From Eledone cirrhosa (taxonomy: Eukaryota), in the NCBI GenBank assembly GCA_964016885.1, contig OZ024748.1, positions 59,024,001 through 59,088,000 on the forward strand: a stretch of DNA of 64,000 bases. The letters are read 5' to 3'. The first letter of the stretch is position 1; each line of letters starts with the position of its first letter. The notes beneath the pieces are model-generated. The model saw only the letters and a list, made by a program, of their open reading frames with translations. It had not been told where the DNA came from and ran no database searches. Positions 57,014-64,000 of the stretch are shown one piece after another. The translations under genes were made by a program, and so were the position numbers.

Positions 57014-57371
57014 TTAAAGAAAGGAGCGCAGGACCACATTACTCAGCATGGCCTTTTCTATGATGATGGGCTCTTAATTGAGGGAGAATTGGTTGCTATG
57101 TCTAGCATCTCGAGATCCCTCAAAGATTTGTCCGCTACCCACGTGTTAACTGTTCCAATAGATTGAGAGCTCCCAGCTATCCAACTCGGTAAGTCAGTTT
57201 CCATTAAAATTATGGTTAGTGTGTTCGCCTAACGAGTGTAATGTCATGAGTTCGGTTTCTAGCAACACCTTCATCGTATACGTGGTTTCCTGACTGGCTA
57301 TAAATAACAGCCACATTTCCTCCAAATCATACATTAACAATTTAGTCCTATATATATTATATCTGAAAGTA

Positions 57372-57590
57372 CAATGGTTTCTTATATAGGCACAAGGCCA
57401 TCAATTTTGGTAAGGGTAAAGTCGATTAAATCGACCCCAGTGCGTCACTGGTATTCTATTTTATCGACCCTGTAAGGATGAAAGTCAAAGTTAACCTCGT
57501 CGGGATTTGAGCTGAGATCATAAAGGGCCGTAACTCTATGCTGAAAAGCATGTTATCCGACGCTCTACTGATACTGTCAATCGACCACCC
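57372..57590 (-). mobile_element. Main-family SINE
   Basis: Matches consensus. Confidence 0.82.
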
Positions 57591-57732
57591 CAATATCTGA
57601 AAATATATCTTCTTTAATAATTCCATTCTCATTTAAGATGCATTATACGAAGCGACCGAAGTCGAACGTGGAAGAATGACGTGCAAAGTTGACTTCGGCG
57701 GGATTTGAACTGAGAACTTTAAGACTGTCTTT

Positions 57733-57922
57733 TTTTTTTATTTGAAAGTCCCAAACAAGGCTTGAAGCTACTTAGTGTAAGGGACTAACTATGTAAAAGG
57801 AGAAATTAAGACGAAAGGCATGAATTTATTTTAGATTTGAAAAAGTTCAGGTCATAAGAAGGAGAAAAACAATGAGATGGAGGAGAGTTCGAAAGCCTGA
57901 TAGTTCGAGGAAAAAAAGCTAC
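57733..57922 (-). mobile_element. 3' end of a CR1/L2/Crack-like LINE
   Basis: Hand-translated SFFPRTIRLSNSPPSHCFSPSYDLNFFKSKINS followed by an A-rich tail. Confidence 0.6.
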
Positions 57923-59451
57923 CATCTTAGAAAGATTTCCTTATTCGTAACTAAATACTGCAAAGCATTTTGTACAAAAGTCTAATGAACTTAGAAGCAA
58001 AAGTTACGAAATTTAGAAGATTAATGTTTGCAGCTGAATTTGAAAAATGACATCCATCGTGTAGGTAGAATATATTTGACACGCAGATATGTTCTGGTTG
58101 TCGTTGGACAGATTTTTATATATATTTTCTTTTTTCATAGAAAAAATGTTCTAACATAAATAATATGTTAGTGTTAAAGTTCGTCAAGTAAAATAAATTA
58201 TTTTGCGAAGAAGAGGGGAAGACTTATTCTTTTCTGCATGCAGAAATGATATATTCTATTTAGCGAACTTTTTGTTGGCGAAATAGAAGCAGAGTCGTCA
58301 GAGCGTTAGATTATAATGACTGAGATTAATTGTTTTGACTTTCTGTACTCTGGATTCAAACTTCTCAGAGGCTATGTTCGTCTTTCATCGTTTCTGGGTT
58401 GATAAATATATGTAACAAACTAGGAGAAGCGGATGGGTTACATTTCCAAGATATTGAACTCAATACCTTACGATATCTGCTCCATTTTCTTTTCTTTCTT
58501 TGATTTTGTTTTATTTATTTCATTTATTTATTTGTCTTCTGGCACCAATGCCTGTGACAAAGACTCTGGTGACAAGCTATAATCAGGCCTTACCTTTCCT
58601 TTGGAGAATGTCGATAGCGTTGGGTTGAGACTTGCAGGTATTACCATCTGTTGGTCTTTCTTTAGAAAATCCATGCCAAGACGTAACACTGCCAGGGTCT
58701 ACTAGCAACTAAAACGTCTACGCAATATATATATACACACACAAATACATATCATAATATAATAAAGGGAGGAGTGAGGGACTGTCTCCTGAACATATTC
58801 TTTTTTATCCCGTTAGTAAAATAAGTTGCATTACTTTGAATAAATAATTGTTTCTACTTTTGACACAAGGCCAGCAATTATCCAGTATATTATAATGAAT
58901 AAATATTACATAATTTATGTACTAAATTTTGTAGCTGTTGATTAAACATAAATATTCTTATATATAATTCTTTCTACTATTGGCACAAGGCCAACAATTA
59001 CTCAGTACATTACTGGTACTTTATTTTATCGACCCCGTAAGGATGAAAGGCAAAGTTAACCTCGGCATGATTGCTTATTTTAAGATTCAATACTTTTAAA
59101 ATGTTCAAATGTCAATACACCATAATGAAGTTTTTATATAATATCGTCTTTTTTAAATGTATCATGGATTACTTTACTGGTTACAGAAGACAGTGTAACA
59201 CAGTCTCTTCAATTTCTGTGCGTATTGTAAATTACGATTTTATTTGACGTATCATATCTACATGCATATATATTGGCATATAATATCTATATGCACACTA
59301 TACATGATAGCATAAAACCACCCGAAGGGTGGTTATTCTGCTACTACACATAATGAGAGATGAATGAAGCGTAATCGTGAATATTTGTGTGTGTTCCGGC
59401 AACTGTTGGCGTTACACAAGATATAGGAATTATATTCTGTGTCTTTAACTA

Positions 59452-59914
59452 CAGGGTGGTCCGAAAGTATTGTCACTCCCTACCAAAAAGAAATGAGAAA
59501 CAGTTTGTTCCCGTTGCAGTATCGTCTTCTTCGGAGGAGCTGCTTTCCCGAATCTTGCAGTGAAGTCATGTCGCACATCCTCCATGCTCTTACCAGAATG
59601 CACACGATCTTGTGTCCATACACTTGCAAGCAGCCTCTCTTCCAAACTGTAGGAGCTCTGAAATAGAAAATTATATTATTATTATTATATATTATAATTA
59701 ATTGTTTCTACTTTAGGCACAAGGCCAGCAATTACCCAGTGCATTACTGGTACTTTATTTTATCGACCCCGCAAGGATGAAAGGCAAAGTCAACCTCGGC
59801 GGGATTTGAACTCAGATCGTAAAGGGGATATTATATATTATATTATTAAAACAAAAGATTTTGAAAGTTAAAACAATATGTGACAAGGGGTGACAAGACT
59901 TTCGGACCACACTG
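59452..59914 (-). mobile_element. Internally deleted Tc1/mariner element with a nested SINE
   Basis: TA|CAGGGTGGTCCGAAAGTATTGTCAC ... GTGACAAGACTTTCGGACCACACTG TIRs; ORF MEERLLASVW..FTARFGKAAPPKKTILQ resembles a DUF4817-type transposase N-terminal HTH; SINE at 59698-59825. Confidence 0.75.
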
Positions 59915-60156
59915 TTCAAAACAAATATTTGATTTATTGTTTGGTACGACATATCACATATTCGTCATCGAAATATGATTTAAAGGATTTCAATTTATTT
60001 CACCAAGAGAAACATATTCCTTGCTTATCAACGACATATGTATATATATTAGTTTCTTTTACTCACAAATAAATCATCTTTTTTAAATTTCGTATTACAT
60101 TTTTTTAAATATGCTTTGATACGATATATATGTAATTCATAATTCCCTTTTACTTA

Positions 60157-60685
60157 ATAATTGTTTCTACTTTTGGCACAAAGCCAGCAAATATCCAACT
60201 ACATTACTGGTACTTTATTTTATCGACTCCGTAAGGATGAAAGGCTAAGTTAACTGAGGCAGGATTTGAACTCAGACCGTAAAGCTCGGTAACTCTATGT
60301 TGAAAAGCATGGCGTCTGACCCTAATTTGCAGCAAAGAATTACGGCCCTTTTACAAGCTGAGTTCAAATCCCACCGAGGTTTTAAATATTTGACGTCACA
60401 TTTTTATATTTTCTAATCAATATTTTTTTTTTCCAACCTTGAATATTCTTTTTCCACGATGCTCGCATGTAGTGAATAATTTAGTCACAAGGCCAAGAAT
60501 TTTGGAGAAGGGGAAAGTCGACTAAATCGACCCCAGTGCACTACTGGTACTTTATTTTATCGACCCTGTAAGAATGAGAGGCAAAGTTAACCGCGGCGGG
60601 ATTTGAACTCAGACAGTAAAGGGCCATAACTCTATGCTGCAAAGCATGGTGTCCGAACCTCTAGCTATACTGCCAATACACCGCT
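60157..60685 (-). mobile_element. Two main-family SINEs plus a small inverted fragment
   Basis: 60157-60323, 60483-60685; fragment 60340-60381 on +. Confidence 0.8.
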
Positions 60686-61044
60686 CTAATAATGAAGACA
60701 TAACGCCTTCTGAATTTTTAATTATTACTATTTAATAACGCGCTGGCAACACTCTTTGCAAGATGTGGTTATATTATTTTTCTTTTTTTTTTAATAGGAT
60801 ATAAAACATTTTCTTTCTCTTCAGGTTATGTTACTCTTAAACCTTTAGGATTTACAGAAATAATATCCCAACTAATCTTCATCGGAAATAGAGCAGAAAT
60901 ATTTCTTCGTATATTAGATGCTGCTTGAATCGAAATACTAATGTCCTTGAGGTGACTATCCTTAATTCGGCTAAATAAAATCAGCAACCCCAAAAGTTTG
61001 CTTGACAGCTGTTAGTAATGGAGTACAGTGAAGGTACGAGGCTG

Positions 61045-61330
61045 AGGGATTAATGTCTTTAGCTTATGATCGTTAAGTCATGAGTTCGAATCCCGGCAAT
61101 ACTTTGAGTTTTTGAACAACTCACTTTATTTCACATTGCTCCTGTCCATGCAACTAACTAAAATATGTTGTACCTATAATTCAAACAACCAGCTTTGACA
61201 GACATTTGTCTCACGCTGAATCTCCCTGAGACTTATGTTAGAGTACACGTGTCTGTGGAAGGCTCAGTCATTAGTACATTAATTTCACAAGCAGTTTATT
61301 CCTTTGGTGAAACATGTGGAATACTCTTTA
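61045..61330 (+). mobile_element. Degenerate tRNA-headed SINE (another family)
   Basis: B-box GAGTTCGAATCCCGG followed by CACTTTATTTCACATTGCTCC. Confidence 0.45.
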
Positions 61331-61592
61331 TCAATGATGGAGAGAGGTCCAAATATAAGTAATGGAGCCTTAATGATTTCTAATTTTAACACAAAGCCAA
61401 CAAATTTGAGAGAAGGGCAAAGGTGATTACATCAATCAAGTATTTTATTTTATCGATCCCAGTGGTGCCTTATTGATTTCTAATTGTTTACACAAGGCCA
61501 GCAATTTTGAGAGAAGTGCAAAGTTGATTAAATCAATGAAGTATTTTATTGATTCGATCTCAGAAGGCTGGAAAGCGCAGCAGACCTCGATG

Positions 61593-61756
61593 GAATTTGA
61601 AATCAGAATGTTGAAAGTCAGAACAAATAGGACAAAGACATTTTATCCGACGCTATATCCACTTTGCCAAATTAAATTTGAAATCAGAATGTTGAAAGTC
61701 AGAACAAATAGGACAAAGACATTTTATCCGACGCTATATCCACTTTGCCAAATTAA
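61593..61756. repeat. 81-bp exact tandem duplication within a diverged SINE
   Basis: AATTTGAAATCAGAATGTTG...CACTTTGCCAAATTAA occurs twice. Confidence 0.85.
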
Positions 61757-61865
61757 CGCCCTTACTAATGATGTTATTTTAGATGATCTAAAGATTTGTT
61801 CGTTTTGTTTCTGCCACTGCTCACTCTCCTCTATCTTTCTATTTCTTCTTTAATTTCTCATTCTA

Positions 61866-61901
61866 TTTTCTGATGAAGGGCTAGCGTCCGAAACGTTAGG
61901 G
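61866..61901 (+). ncRNA. Minimal hammerhead motif, weak stem I
   Basis: CUGAUGA-A-GGGC-UAGC-GUCC-GAAA-CG-UU-AGGG. Confidence 0.55.
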
Positions 61902-62080
61902 CAATTTTCCCACTAGATCAAGCGTTAAACTAATATATTGCTTCATTGTAGTGTGTCGTTTGCTTTGTTATTTCTGTTTACTCTTTGCCTATATATGTAT
62001 ATATATTCATTTTATTCAAACTAAATAGTGTGTCAAGAGTTTCACCCGTTTCGCTTAGGGTCATCATATATAATATATAC

Positions 62081-62133
<53 letters not shown>

Positions 62134-62142
<9 letters not shown>

Positions 62143-62253
62143 GACGTAAAATAAGAAAATTTTAAAAATTAAAAATTAACTTACTTACTAAAATTTTAGT
62201 AAGTAAGTTAATTTTTAATTTTTAAAATTTTCTTATTTTACGTCTTTCATATA
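62134..62253. repeat. Perfect 120-bp palindrome with no loop
   Basis: Centre between 62193 and 62194 (CTAAAA|TTTTAG). Confidence 0.9.
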
Positions 62254-62360
62254 ATTGTTCTGCACCCCCCTGCATTGAACCACCTAGGTACTATGACATA
62301 ACTTATATATGTGCTAGCATTAGTGTACATCTGTACGCATATGTTGGTAGATGTACTAAT

Positions 62361-62397
<37 letters not shown>

Positions 62398-62404
62398 CTA
62401 TATA

Positions 62405-62445
<41 letters not shown>

Positions 62446-62491
62446 ATATATCTATATATATATATATAATATATATATATATATCTATATA

Positions 62492-62524
<33 letters not shown>

Positions 62525-62604
62525 ATATATCTATATATATATATATATATAGATATATATATATAGATATATATAGATATATAGATATAGATATAGATAT
62601 AGAT

Positions 62605-62640
<36 letters not shown>

Positions 62641-63423
62641 GATATATATAGATATATATAGATATATATATATATAGATTTAGATATATATAGATATATA
62701 TATATATATATATATAGATATATATATATAGATATATAGATATAGATATAGATATATAGATATAGATATAGATATAGATATATATATATATATATATAGA
62801 TATATATATATAGATATATAGATATAGATATAGATATATAGATATAGATATAGATATATATATATATAGATATATATATATAGATATATATCTATATATA
62901 TATATATATCTATATATATATATATATCTATATATATATATCTATATATATATATCTATATATATATATCTATATATATATATATATCTATATATATATA
63001 TATATCTATATATATATATATATATCTATATATATATATATATATATCTATATATATATATATATATATCTATATATATATATATATCTATATATATATA
63101 TATATCTATATATATATATATCTATATATATATATCTATATATATATATATATATCTATATATATATATATATATCTATATATATATATATATCTATATA
63201 TATATATATATCTATATATATATCTATATCTATATATATATATATCTATATATATATTATATCTATATATATATATATATCTATATATATATATATATAT
63301 ATCTATATATATATATATATATATCTATATATATATATATATCTATATATATATATATATATATCTATATATATATATATATCTATATATATATATATAT
63401 ATATATCTATATATATATATATA

Positions 63424-63497
<74 letters not shown>
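62361..63497. repeat. (TA)n array with TC/GA interruptions
   Basis: Direct. Confidence 0.95.
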
Positions 63498-63502
63498 CCT
63501 AT

Positions 63503-64000
63503 ATAACTTTGAATAACTTTGAAATGTTTTGGCCAGTATTGGCCCAGGCCATGTCTAACTTAATAGCACCACCTGGCGAAGTCTTTCAATTCAGGATTTG
63601 GGCACCATGGCCCATTCGAGAAGAGAATTACTGTTTGCGGAGACATATCCGGGTGTGGGTGGTTTGTCCGGGATTACTTGGAGGAATTTGTCCAAAGACT
63701 TCTTGAATTTTAAGTGGTCAGTTTCTGTTTTTGACGTGTCCTGGTGTGATGTTGAAGAGAGCAGGGCCGATTGAGGTGAAATAATTGTGCCGTATTGTTG
63801 TTATGAGTTGCGATTTAGATTTTTGAATGGGACGGATAGCACGGGGCCCAAGCCTTGGGTGTATCTTGAAGGCGATGCCAACATCATTTGGGCAGTGATG
63901 ATGGAACATTTTCCACATCATGCAGATAATATAAACGCTCACGGCGACGTTGGAGTGAGTAAAGTTTCAGGTTTTCCAATCGACCCCAGTAGTCAAGGTC
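63503..64000 (-). mobile_element. CR1-group LINE 3' end, second copy (runs off window)
   Basis: Reverse complement of ~39709-40205 with only a few differences. Confidence 0.92.

Noticed and set aside
59316-59334. AACCACCC-GAA-GGGTGGTT hairpin as an intrinsic terminator
   Set aside because: Eukaryotic context and no U-tract; might be a Helitron-like terminal hairpin but lacks a clear CTRR end

Overview
Eukaryotic, very AT-rich non-coding DNA that is almost entirely repetitive. The SINE/LINE repertoire and kb-scale (TA)n arrays resemble a cephalopod (octopus-like) genome; this is inference only. No confident host gene was seen. Nearly all long 'YIYI' ORFs are microsatellite artefacts. Recognisable content: (1) an intact 1153-aa Tx1-clade LINE ORF2 plus a second 3' fragment, both in (CTAT)n/(ATAG)n repeats; (2) two near-identical 5'-truncated CR1-group LINE copies in TA arrays; (3) two decayed Penelope-like elements (PLE, RT + C-terminal GIY-YIG); (4) RTE remnants and bipartite non-autonomous RTE elements; (5) about 15 copies of a tRNA-derived SINE; (6) mariner- and piggyBac-type MITEs; (7) a 200-N gap. 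The most notable signal is about a dozen type-I hammerhead-ribozyme folds from several unrelated PLE pseudo-LTR-like families, found by hand. Several have non-canonical cores (U3-A8 swap, U3/U8, A4) while their stems remain intact. They occur alongside inverted 3'-tail caps and many long foldback hairpins.
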